A stretch of 58,572 nt of DNA, the filler included, from Bipalium vagum (taxonomy: Eukaryota), in NCBI GenBank assembly GCA_037834085.1. It is 3 parts of 3 records of this genome, joined end to end, with 100 filler letters (N's around TTAATTAATTAA, not from the genome) between each part and the next. Parts side by side here need not be neighbours in the genome. Positions count along the whole stretch, not along the records: positions 38,197 to 58,572 come from JBBMKC010254364.1; 2 more parts are not named here. The stretch is one strand, 5' to 3'. The position numbers and the translations under genes are program-made. Positions within the stretch are counted from its first letter, which is position 1. Each line of letters starts with the position of its first letter. A model generated the notes under the pieces. That model was not told the DNA's origin and did no database searches. It saw nothing but the letters and a program-made list of their open reading frames with translations. Of the stretch, positions 39,908 to 51,481 are shown piece by piece.

Positions 39908-40663
39908 ATATTCATATAAAAAAATTGTTCGTAATTGTTTCTTTTCCATTTCACGTTCTATGTTATTTAAACATATTATTTTAACTTTATATAAAACATT
40001 AATATTACCAGAATGTAGATTGAAATCTGCGCTTTAAAATGATATACAAAAGAAAAATTGTTAAATTAACTATAAATAAATGGCTTCATGAAAACCGACC
40101 TTGTTTTTTGAATAGCCTAATAATAATAAATAATAAATGATCTAATTTTGACAAGTGCGAATGTCGAATTGCCAAAATTAGATCAGAGTCCGCACTCGGG
40201 AACAGTTTTAGGTTTTAGTGCCTAAAAAGGGAATTGACATTCCTCATTAATCGACAAAAATTTTTTAAAGAAAAGCCACCTCTTTCGAGGAAAATATGCA
40301 TCAGGCACCATCTTCCTCGTATTTTTTGTTTATTCATCAGTCATCATCATCGAGTTTGGATATTGAATACCAGCGACCTTTCGGTTACTTGGATCCTGCA
40401 ACAGAGCAATATGACCGTTTGTTGCCTGGTCATCTAATGCAACCAGGTTCTTACACTATTTAAGTCAGGTGAAATTACATAAGTGAATAAAAATATCGGA
40501 TCTTTCAAAGAAAAATAGTATTTATTTCATGGTATTGCATCTGCGCAAAGATCATCTGATCAGTATAAAAGGCTTTGAAGTCCCCAATTTATTAACATAA
40601 AAAGAAATTAGAAAAAAATTTATTGATTTTAATTTTCGGCAGAAACGTCGATTTTTGGTTACT

Positions 40664-41165
40664 TGTCAGAAGGTTTGACTTTGTCAGACTAAATAATGAT
40701 GTCGGAAGAAGACTATTGAGAAGATCATATTCAATTATGTGAATATTATAATTATATTCAATTTGGTGAAAATTTTATGCTTATGCTCACTTGTATGCGA
40801 CAGGAGCCAACGATAGGTCCTGCTCTATAAGGGCGTTTATGAGCGTACCGGATCGAACTCATCAAACGAACCTAGGACCCATCGTTTCCTAAAGCGATGA
40901 GACGTACTTTGTTGTTTCTGTTTTTCTTTCTAAATTAACATTAATCTTGTTAATAGTTTTGAACTTTTAATCCAACTTTTACTGACTATTCGATTTGATT
41001 ATTAATTGTTCTGATTTTCAGTATTATTTTATTGATTTTAAATATTTGAGAAATTTTACTTTGGAGATTGTGTTATTGTGTGATCACCTTTCTGTACCTG
41101 TGTTAATAGAATAAAGTTTTATTGTAGTCGTTTTGATTCAATTTTTTTAGAGCACGTTATTGACA
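40664..41165 (+). mobile_element. Solo-LTR-like repeat, copy 1
   Basis: TGTCA...TGACA ends, TATA-like CTATAAG near 40826, and AATAAAGTTTTATTGTAGTCGTTTTGATTCAAT near the 3' end. Motifs are shared with the copies at 41424 and 48620. No matching TSD found. Confidence 0.55.
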
Positions 41166-41423
41166 AAAGTGACAGAGTCAGTAAATTTACGACCTAAGTG
41201 TTATGAAAAGATTTCAAAATAATACAAAGCGTAACAAAAATAACTTTCTCGTTGTCGAGATGATAAAAAAAATTGAGAATGAATGGCCATTGGAGAAATG
41301 GCCATCTAAAAATATAGATTAGCAGTCGTTCAGAAATTTGCCCAACAAAAAAAACAATGAAATTGGGCTTTTTCAAGAGGTATATTCGAAGAATTGTCAA
41401 TTTGAATAAGAATTTTCAAGTAT

Positions 41424-41850
41424 TGCGTCAGAATCGATACGGAACTATTATCAACCCAAAGGAATTCCAGTAATTATTGTTATTATTTATAAAGATTCTG
41501 TAGCTGAATTTCACAACGAGTCCCATCGAGTTTAGGAATCCCTAGGCAACCCAATTATCGCTCACTGAGATATTTTTTTGTAATTTAAAATCAGTAATTT
41601 TGGTTATTTTTATTATTATTTTGATTTATTTAACCTATTTTAGTAATTATTGTATTTCAGTGAACTTTAAACATTTATTGTGACTTTTTTGATTGTTTTC
41701 TTATTGTGATTGTGATAATTGTAATACTTTTCTATGATTGTTTTGATTAATTTTGGTGCAAACAAACGATAAAGTTTTATTGAAGTTCGGGAAATAGATT
41801 TTCGTTGTAATTTTGATTAAATAAACAAGTTATCGTTAAAGTGAAGAGCT
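41424..41850 (+). mobile_element. Solo-LTR-like repeat, copy 2
   Basis: CCCATCGAGTTTAGGAATCCCTAGG, then a T-rich tract, then ATAAAGTTTTATTG...TTTTGATT. Confidence 0.5.
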
Positions 41851-43108
41851 TGGAAAGTCTGATCTAAAAAATACATATTTCGATAAGGAAAATATTAGCA
41901 ATTTTGTGGTTGGTTTTTATCCAAAATCCTTCGAGAATCTGGAATTTTCTAATGAAACCAACAATTTTCTAATGTCGCGATAACCAAATATGCTCTAACT
42001 ACAAGCATTTTCATTCTGAAGAGAGCTTAATCCTGAACATATTTTTATCAGAGCAACTATCTACTCTGAAGGTAATGTCCATGACTTCAACTAAAAAGCA
42101 AGGTTTTGAATCACTGGTTCATCATCATCAATAATCGGATCGTGTCTGTGAGATGATTGAAAGTAAAATTCATTTTTCTATACTCACAATTTGCAGTTAC
42201 ATACTCGACAAAGTCATAGTCTAGCTGGCAATCGGTTTGCATTCTCAGTGTCACAAGTATATTTCAATGAAAATTTACATCCATTTTAGAAAGATCACCA
42301 GCTTTACAGGCTGACCAACTCGGACTAGATCCTTTTTCATTCTATTTATACCAACTTTTAAGTCACTGATTGTCAATTAGGTCGATTGTACCTCTACAGA
42401 TGAATAACATTGTTAGCCAGTTATCATAATCAACATGGACATTTACTAAAGGGAGCCTCGATTCGAACCTATTCATTTCAAGATAACCATCAATCCCAAA
42501 GGATAGTACAATACACAATTCATCATGCTGATATGGATTAAGAAAAAATGTTGGTCAAGATTGTGTCTGTAGGAAAATATTATTATTTTGGTATTAAATT
42601 ATAAAAATTGAAATTCAAGAGAAAAACAAAAAATCTTTTATTGAGCGAAATTTTAATTTTTGATCATTGGTTTTGAATTTGTTTATTAGTTTACTATATA
42701 CTTCCAATATTTTTTCAAGATGCAGAATCTTGACAAGAATTATTGGTTTTCCAATGTTTGGAGAGTTTTTATGAAATTATAAGAAATCTAACGTGGTTAA
42801 CCATGTTGATTAATATAGTCAAAAATTCAGAAGATTAATAATATTAAAATCTTTAGCTTTTCCTTAAATCTATTTCCGTCATTTATTTCAAAATTTTATG
42901 AAATTACTTTTTAGAATTTTTGGACCTCAAAATTCTACAGAAAATTAATGCGAATATTTTCTTTAAATTTTCTGGTACTTAATTAAAAGGTTTATCATTA
43001 CATAAATAAGGAAATATAAGCCTTCAATCTATATAACTATTTTGTTTTAATCTGAATATCTTAAATTTCGAAGAGGCCATATTTCAATAATTACAATTAT
43101 TATTAGAT

Positions 43109-43783
43109 ATGGATATCACTCCAAATAATACAATTTATATTAACAATCTTAATGAAAAAATCAAAAAAGATGAATTAAAGAAGGCATTATTTGCAGTTTT
43201 TTCTCAATTTGGTAGAATTTTAGAAATAATGGTTAGTAAGCGATTAAAATTGAAAGGCCAGGCTTTTGTTATATTTGAAAATGTTAAAAGTTCCACTGAA
43301 GCAATAAATTCAATGCAAAGTTTTCCATTTTATGATAAACCGATGCGGATTCAGTATTCGAAAACAGATTCCGATATCATTTCGAAAAGAAAGGGAACTT
43401 TTGTTGAGCGTCCTAAGAAAAACCCAGAAGAATTAATTAAGAAAAAAAAGAAGCGCCTGATAGTTAAATCTGAAGCTAAATTAATGAAATCTGGGAAGAC
43501 TGGAAAAGGAAATAACTCCCTTGATCCAAGTCAAATGCCAGATCAGCCGCCAAATAAAATTCTCTTTTTAACAAATTTACCCGAAGATTCAAATGAGTTA
43601 ATGATTAGTGTATTGTTTAATAAGTTCAATGGATATAAAGAAGTTAGAATGGTACCCAGTCGACCAGATATAGCATTTGTGGAATTTGATAATGAACAAA
43701 ATTCTGGAAGGGCTAAGTCACAGTTACAGAATTTTAAGATAAAGCCCAACCAACACATTAGAATAACATTTGCAAAGAAATAA
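43109..43783 (+). CDS. SNRPA: U1 snRNP protein A / SNF / U2B'' family protein (two RRMs), intronless
   Basis: 224-aa intact ORF with [33 protein letters not shown] and [20 protein letters not shown]. Second [16 protein letters not shown]...IAFVEF...ITFAKK. AATAAA lies downstream near 43838. Confidence 0.95.
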   Translation: MDITPNNTIYINNLNEKIKKDELKKALFAVFSQFGRILEIMVSKRLKLKGQAFVIFENVKSSTEAINSMQSFPFYDKPMRIQYSKTDSDIISKRKGTFVERPKKNPEELIKKKKKRLIVKSEAKLMKSGKTGKGNNSLDPSQMPDQPPNKILFLTNLPEDSNELMISVLFNKFNGYKEVRMVPSRPDIAFVEFDNEQNSGRAKSQLQNFKIKPNQHIRITFAKK

Positions 43784-46199
43784 AAATTTTTGATTTTTTT
43801 AAATCTTGTGTATTATGGAATATTAGTTAATGAATGAAATAAAATATTAAAGATCTATTTTCTCCCCATTATAAGTATGTGATGTTTTGGTTTTTTTTAT
43901 TTTCGTTAAGCAATTTTTGTTTTAACACTCTAGAATCCGGCTTCTGTCAAATGCAATTCATTTCACTAGTAGGCATTTTTTTAATATTAAGTATATTAAA
44001 AATGTTTTTAAGTAACTAGACTAGGAAAAATTGAAGTATCCTTTAATATTTTTTGCCTGATTAATTTATTTTTAAGTAAATGTATATTTGTTCAAAAAGT
44101 TGCCACAGGTTAAAGATTGATAAGTTCTAATCAGATTTTTGGTTATTTTCCGGAATCTTTTTACTGTAAAAGTGAGTTTTTTCGCTATTGGTATTTAAAA
44201 TTGAAATGCATTTATTTAGATAAATGGTTCTTTTATCAATTTTCGACAAGTTTGAATGTATTGAAATAAATTTTAACGAAAGGGGATCTGGCGTTTCTAT
44301 CAATAAATTAAAAGAATTAACAGTGGAATTTATTCTCAACTATTCTTTATTGGAACTTAGATTTTTTATTTTTTGAGGACTTAAAATTAATTTTTTCATT
44401 AAATTACTTTACAATTTTAATTGTGGACTATTGAAAAATTAATTCATTTTAATTTTCTGTAATAAGTATATGAATATTTATAAAATTCTAATTAGTAGTA
44501 AACATCTTTTTTTAATTATCTAAAATGATTTTTAAACTAGAATATTTGTGAAAAAATTGTTGCTATGGATGCAGGAATCTACAGACAGGTGTACTTTTTT
44601 ATTTTTTTAAAAATAAAGACGATGTGGGCAAAATGTTATAAAAAAACGAAAGTCAAAGTAAATAAATATATATTTGGAATAACAAGCAAATGAATATGTA
44701 ACATGTACAATTTGTTGTTTTTATTACAGAAATTTAGTGTCTATTGGAACCATACAAAAAATGATCTCAATGTTATATAGATAAATGTCTACTCATGAGT
44801 GTAATAGCATTCTTATTTTTACTGGTAATTTTTTTTAATTCACAGAAAATGTGCATGATTTTCAAAATAAAATCTTGTAAACTGAAAAGAATTAGTATTA
44901 CAAATATTAGTATATTTACAATTACATATTTTGAGAAAAATACAAAAAAACTGTTCATTAAAATTCTTCACGTGATATAGCTTTGATTAAAAAGTTCATG
45001 TCTACTGTAATATGCAGCAAAACTAAAAAATCTGGAAAATTGAGAAGAAACAATGTGAAGGAATAGTGTACAAAAATGGAACTTTTTGACAACATTTTGA
45101 AAAATCTTGTGTAATTTTGGCCGTCTCCATATTTTATTACTAAATTTTGAAATTTGGTAAAAATAAAAAATTATATTATTGTCTATTTTATTTTGAATTA
45201 AAGCACAAGTACCTTTTAACTTATCAAATTCTGAATTTTTTCTTTAGATTTTACCGAATCTATTTTATTATTAATAGCTTAAATGTTTTCAAAAATATTG
45301 TCAATCTCAATTTTAACGCGTTAGCAAATAATTTCAGATATAAAGCAGCTATTCAAAGAAATGCACCGATGTTTCTTTGATTCAAAAGCATCAATTCATT
45401 TTTCATAAAGTAAAATATTTTTTGGCTCACTACTGATATACCGGAACAACTATCAAACTTGTCTCTTATAAATATTAATCTTCAAAAACGTACTACAAAA
45501 TTATTTAAAATTTCTGCTTCATAATTCCCTCATGGCAGGCTACTAACAATGATATTTTGAAATGTTATCACAATAAATCGTCCTGTAGTTGATTGAAATT
45601 GTCATCTCACATTGTTTGGCTTTATTAATATATTTGTATCACAAATACGGAATTTAAATAGGTTTGATATCAACAATTTTATTTATCTACAATTTTTTAG
45701 TTTAACAATTTTTCTTAATGTTTCAATCAAACTTATTTGAAAAGGAAAATTATGTGAAATGCTAGAAGCCGAGCTGGCCTTTCGTGATATTGCCAAAAGA
45801 ATGTATTTATCAACAAGAACTGTACAAAATAAATCACGTTTCACATTTGATTCGAAAACAACTAGACACCTGAAACGAAAGAGATTTGTAGATTGGTGTA
45901 TTAAAACACATGATCGGCATGGTTTTGAAAGCGCCATGGTCCGGTACGATTTATAATGGAAGGGCCATTTACTATAAATGGTTCATTAACTGGTTTATGA
46001 TATCTTAATGAAATTATCAAACAAAACATTATTTCAAATATAGTAATACACAATTTTGTGCTGCAGCATTATATGAAGGCTGTCTTTTAAGAAAAATATA
46101 CATGTGTACATAAAAGCCTACAATACTAAAATATTATTATGTAAAATAAACATTTAAATTTAGATACTAAAATTAAAATAAAATATTGTTTGTTGGGCA

Positions 46200-46500
46200 T
46201 TTCAAAGAACTCATTGCATAAGATTCTGCATAATGAATGTGAGAAATTTAAAAAACAGTTTCCCGTTTGATCCCACATCTCCTAACTTCTGAACAAAAAG
46301 TAGCTCGTCAACTGATGCCGAAAAACCTTAAATAGATTCAAAAATTTGTAAAACATTGTGAGTGATGACGAATCATGGATTTATTCGAACGGCTTAAAAA
46401 GACAAGTCAATCTCGCGTTTGGGTGTTCCAATCTGAGGAGAATCAGACAATTCTCACAGTTTCTCACAGTGTGTCAAATCAGATGATCGCAACTTTTGTC
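46200..46500 (+). mobile_element. mariner central fragment (different subfamily)
   Basis: RLIPHLLTSEQKVAR and NIVSDDESWIY. Confidence 0.65.
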
Positions 46501-47454
46501 TTTGTTAGTTGAAAATTAATCCGAGATACCGGGAATCGAATGAACTAAATTTTATTTTTTACAATTTTTTGTAAATACATGTAAATAAATCATCAGCACA
46601 TTGCTATGAGCCTAGTATGGAATTTTTATAAAAAAATTTTTTTCACAAAAATTTTCAATTGCTCAAATAGTCACATTTTTTATACTAATTCTTCATCGCA
46701 ATCTGTTATACTTTTGCCATCAACAGTCTCTTTATCTTCTTGGCTTTATGGATCATCATTAGCAATTTCTTTCAATTCAGAAAGATTCATCGTCAGCTTT
46801 CCGACATTTTTTATTTAAATACAATTTTTAATAAAATAAGTAATTTTAATACTTAATACTTTTTTAATACTTTTTTTTTGAAGGAAAAGGTTGAGGTTTA
46901 ATTTTTTTGAATATATAGATAAAACTTTTATAAATATTTCAGAAATTAAAAATACTTTTTCTGGAAGTAGTTATATACCTTTAACAATTTTAAAGCACAA
47001 ATATAATTAATATTCAAAATAGAGAAAATAATTACTGTATGTCATTTAACTGTATTACTGTATCAATAATGCATAGCTCACAGATCTTAATCCGTTCATA
47101 ATGAAAATGAAAATAATAGAAATAATAAATGTTTTATTTTATATTAGCCAACTTTTACATATTATGATTATATATGACTATATGTTATGGTTCAATTGGT
47201 TCTACAAAACAACCCTAAAATCATAAGTCGAATAACTTGTGATAACTATCAATACCATTGTCTCCATCTCAAATAATATTTTTTATCAATGTATTTTTTA
47301 TTGTCTTTCTTCTCTTAACATACAAAGAAATAAATTGGAATCGGCATAAACAAACTACACCATCAAGATTATACTTCTCTTCCACATCATACTATCTGTT
47401 GCAGACATAAATATACATTTTTTCTGAAACCAATCGAGTCTTATTATAATCAAA

Positions 47455-47457
<3 letters not shown>

Positions 47458-47493
<36 letters not shown>
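47458..47493. repeat. (AT)n microsatellite
   Basis: Direct reading of the sequence. Confidence 0.95.
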
Positions 47494-47494
<1 letters not shown>

Positions 47495-47496
<2 letters not shown>

Positions 47497-47675
47497 TGCA
47501 ATCTAATAAAAAATACAAATCATTAAATTATAATGAATGTAAAGATGAAATTGATTTTAATAATTCAGATTATTGTATTTATTGTAATATTGAATCAAAA
47601 TTAGAAAGTTAGAGATCATGATCATTTAAATAGAAAATATAGAAGAGCTGGTCATAATAAATGCAATATTAATGA
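47495..47675 (+). pseudogene. Endonuclease-VII-like insert of a Polinton-type pPolB (fragment)
   Basis: DEIDFNNSDYCIYCN...KVRDHDHLNRKYRRAGHNKCNIN matches the C.IC...KVRDHCHLTG.YRGAAH..CNL signature. Confidence 0.8.
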
Positions 47676-47762
47676 ATAATCGGATCTTATTCGAAATAGT
47701 TGCAGCATGTTGTTTTTGTTTTAAATGACTCAATGTAATCTCTTTACTTTTGTAACTATATA

Positions 47763-48422
47763 GAGTGCAACTTCTACAGTCCTTGTAAAAAGTTTCAAGA
47801 CGAATGGTACAAACTTTCTGCTAAGTTGTGCAAGAAAATTGTATCCTCCATGCCAAAAAGATTAGTATTGGTCCAAAAATCAAAAGGATATCCCACTAAA
47901 TATTAAATACCTATTTATTTAATAAATTTCGAGTTTTAACTTATTCATTTCCATTAATTTTGTATATTCTATAGGGGGTGAACAAACTTTTTACAAGGAC
48001 TGTATCTTGGACTAAAAAATTTCAAAAGTGGTCCAAAAATAGAAATTGGTTCAATATTAGAAATTAAGACATAAAAAGGCTATAATACATGTTTTATATG
48101 AACCTATATGGATGTAATAATAGAAATTTAAAAAGGGGGGAAGATTCTTTAGTGCGAAGTTGCTTGGCAATATTATACTTAACTTCATATGATAATTTTT
48201 TACTCATTCCTGATTTTGAAAATGTTATATACCAAAATATTATTAAAAAAAATTATTAAATTTTTAAACAAATTATTGAAATTTTTGGACACAGAATTTT
48301 ATTTTTTTATATGAAAATATCGTGAAATATGAAAATTACAAATTATTGGTCCAAATATGGAGTTTGTTCCGATTATAAAAGTGGTCCATTTCAGAAATTG
48401 GTCCAAAATAGAAGTTGCACTG
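47763..48422. mobile_element. Non-autonomous TA-flanked TIR element (Tc1/pogo-type) interrupted in its left TIR
   Basis: Removing the nested element restores left GAGTGCAACTTCTATCTTGGAC, matching the right reverse complement CAGTGCAACTTCTATTTTGGAC. Repeated internal TGGTCCA motifs. Confidence 0.8.
47777..48002 (+). mobile_element. 226-bp Tc1 deletion derivative nested in the previous element
   Basis: TA|CAGTCCTTGTAAAAAGTTT ... AAACTTTTTACAAGGACTG|TA perfect 19-bp TIR. Contains the Tc1 C-terminus QDEWYKLSAKLCKKIVSSMPKRLVLVQKSKGYPTKY*. Confidence 0.9.
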
Positions 48423-48479
48423 TAGTATATTATTAAAATATTAGAGGTATGCATAAGTTCAGATCGTTTTAAGACAAAT

Positions 48480-48610
48480 AATTTTTATTACTTTATTACA
48501 AATAGCACAGTATATTTAATCAAAATATTTCCCGGCATTATTCACAACTTTTCCCATCTTTCAGGTAAAAGGAGAGTACCCCGATGAAAAAAGTTTGTTC
48601 TTGGATTAAA
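48480..48610 (-). mobile_element. mariner 3' end fragment
   Basis: FHRGTLLLPERWEK..NNAGKYFD*. Confidence 0.75.
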
Positions 48611-48619
48611 TGAAGTTGT

Positions 48620-49098
48620 CTATGAACTTTCAGTAATTGACATTCTTTCCGTGGATATGCTAATGCAAGAGGATTTATCAAGGGGACCCATCGAGTTTGG
48701 GAATCCATAGGTGACCTGCAAAGGGTGTAGAGGACGACACGGGCAGCCCTTGTTTTTCCCGGTGAGATCGTTTATATTTTTCTCCTTTTTATTTTATGTT
48801 TTCTTTTTGTGATTATCTCCTGACATTTATCTTAAAATTATTTAATAATATCATTATTATTCTTTTTTTTGTTTGATTTGATTATCTGTTAGCAAGTTGA
48901 TTGAAACGATATTGATTTTTGTTATTCGACATTGGGACTATTTTGTTTTTGTTTTGTGTGATCATCAGACATTGAGACGAAATTATTGTTACAACTAGTG
49001 TGTCAGGCTGTTGTTAAATTTTTAATAAAGTTTTATCGTGGTGGTTTTGATTCAATAGAGGTAAATTTGTGTACCTATAATAGTGAACGAACACAACA
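48620..49098 (+). mobile_element. Solo-LTR-like repeat, copy 3
   Basis: GGACCCATCGAGTTTGGGAATCCATAGG and AATAAAGTTTTATCGTGGTGGTTTTGATTCAAT are shared with copies 1 and 2. Ends in ...ACAACA. Confidence 0.5.
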
Positions 49099-50711
49099 TT
49101 GAATAGTGATGATTTATTGATTTGCGAGCGAAAGTTACTTTGATAGGGTATAATAGTAACACTTGTAAATTTATTTTAAAATTTATTATTAATTTTATCA
49201 ATTTTTGAATGTACTGTCATAATTGGTGTTTCAATTCCAAAACTTTCAACTATAAAAATATTTATTTAACGGTAAATCTATATTTAATTTTCAATTATTT
49301 ATAATGTATTCATATATCTTCAAAAAAGATTTTTTATTCTATCAACCACAGAACGAATTCATTGAATTTGATCTAATCTCATGAAGTGAAGCTGAATTTT
49401 TTCATAAATATGTTCATCAAAATTATGATAAATAGATGCACTGGATTCTATTTCTTTAAATTTATTCTTTATTTTATATATATTATATGTACATAAAATA
49501 TTTGAATAAAATTGTTTCATTAAAATTTCAATTAGACTCATTTCATCTGATTGTAAATATGAAATAATTGCAGTTTGGCTTATACCTTCTGTTAAATTTC
49601 CTTCATAGTGTCTTGATATACAATTATATTTACAGGTTTTCCATCTTCAATTTTTTATTTTTTTAATTCTGATTCTGGATTTAGTCAATTCTGGAATAAA
49701 TTATTTTAATATACCAATTTTAATTTAGCCTCTCCCTTTATTTCATAAATATTGCTTTATTTTTTCTTTTAAATGTTATAAATAATTCTACTATATAATT
49801 CTAAATATAAAAAAATTAATTTTAATGAAAATTCTCCTATAAATTCATTTTGAGAATATAAATTTTGCTCTTTTTGTATCATATTATCTTTTTTTTATCT
49901 TGTATACAACCAAATATTTCTTCCTTATTTTCATTACCAAACAATACAACCTCTATTGAGCCTAATTTTAAAATCTTATAAGTTTATAAAATATTCATTT
50001 TTCTCTTTCATATGAAAATTAAATAAAAATGAAAATTTGCTTTTTCAAAAAAATATGATAACATATCTGAATGGATTTGAGTTTTATTTATTTTAGAAAT
50101 TTTAAACATTATAAATATTAAAACCTTTGAATTATTTCTTATACTTCTTAAAGGTAAATCAAAAAGATTGTGGTAAATAAATAACAGAAAATTTATTATG
50201 TTATCCTCTTGTAAAATACATTTCTATTATGACTTTTTTCATTTATCACATCAACATTTTTTAAAATTTGCTATCTAATTTTCATTTAGATTAAATTTCA
50301 TTAGCATTGTTAGATGTAACTTATTTTATCTTATCTATAATGGTATTTTTTGGTTTTATTTTATTATGATAGGTTGTTATTTCATAAAAACGTGATTTTA
50401 TTAGGAGTACCTTTTGACTCACACTTCAAGTACTTGTTCATATGTAGTCCTAAACCATACATCTAATTTGGAAAGTTTTGGTTATTACTCACTTAGATCT
50501 TTCATAAAAATATCGTTAATTTTATTTGTTAAAAAAATTAAACAAATTTATTTTGAAAAAAACAGAAAATAAATTCAATTTTTTAATTTAAATTTTTAGT
50601 TCGATTTTCAAATCTCAAAATAATTAACACTTTTGAAGTACAATAATTGTTCCATTTAAAAAATTAATTTTAATAATGTATGAAACTTTTATCTTATTAT
50701 ACTTTGAAAAT

Positions 50712-50883
50712 GGGGTAATCCTTCAGTTTAGCGGCGTAAATATTTGAAATTACCAAACATGAGACTTTTACTATGGATAATTTTTGAATTCATGTGGAGT
50801 AATGAATTTGACATTTGTAGTCTTATTCATACTACACGCTTTGAACTCAATTATCTTACACCGCTTAATCGAAGGATTACCCC
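50712..50883. mobile_element. 172-bp MITE with GGGG...CCCC termini and apparent AAAT target duplication (Sola-like)
   Basis: AAAT|GGGGTAATCCTTCAGTTTAGCGGCGTAA ... TTACACCGCTTAATCGAAGGATTACCCC|AAAT. Confidence 0.8.
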
Positions 50884-51481
50884 AAATGGTACAATACTTA
50901 AGCAAAAAAATTTGATTTATTTATAGGAATTTTTAAATGCATAAACACCCTAAGTTAGATGTAGACAGTGTTTACACAAAACTGTTCTTATTTAGTCTCC
51001 TTTATGCAAAATACATAACCTTAATTCATTTTATTAAGTTTGCCTTTCAACTGTAAAGGCTGTAAATTCCAAAGCGGTAAACTTTTCTACATTATTTTAA
51101 AAATTCAATCTTTTATACTTTATACAAGACTGAAAATCTACTTTTATGAAAGTTCTATAATCTTGCATACATAACTTTACAGATATAATAAATTCTATTG
51201 AATTTCAAACTAAATATAAATCGATTATCAGTTTTCAATTATCAGATAATAGATGTGACGTAATATATTTTAAGAACTGAAATTAATCATAATAATGATT
51301 AAATATGAAAGAATATATATTGAAACTAAAAAAATATTAAAAAATCAATAAAACTTTAATAAAATTTCAAATCAAAAAATATTGAATATATCAATAAAAA
51401 TCGATATCAATAATAAAAATTTTTAAATAGTATTTCGTTTTTTGTCATTCCCATAGGAGTTTTTGTATTGGTCCATTTGAT

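Noticed and set aside
41900-42570. Possible minus-strand Gypsy RT/RNase H remnant
   Set aside because: Only faint motif echoes, not confidently alignable by eye.
43543-43758. Antisense ORFs over U1A (also over LC8 at 56242, mariners and the NeSL fragment)
   Set aside because: Shadows of real or decayed coding sequence on the other strand.
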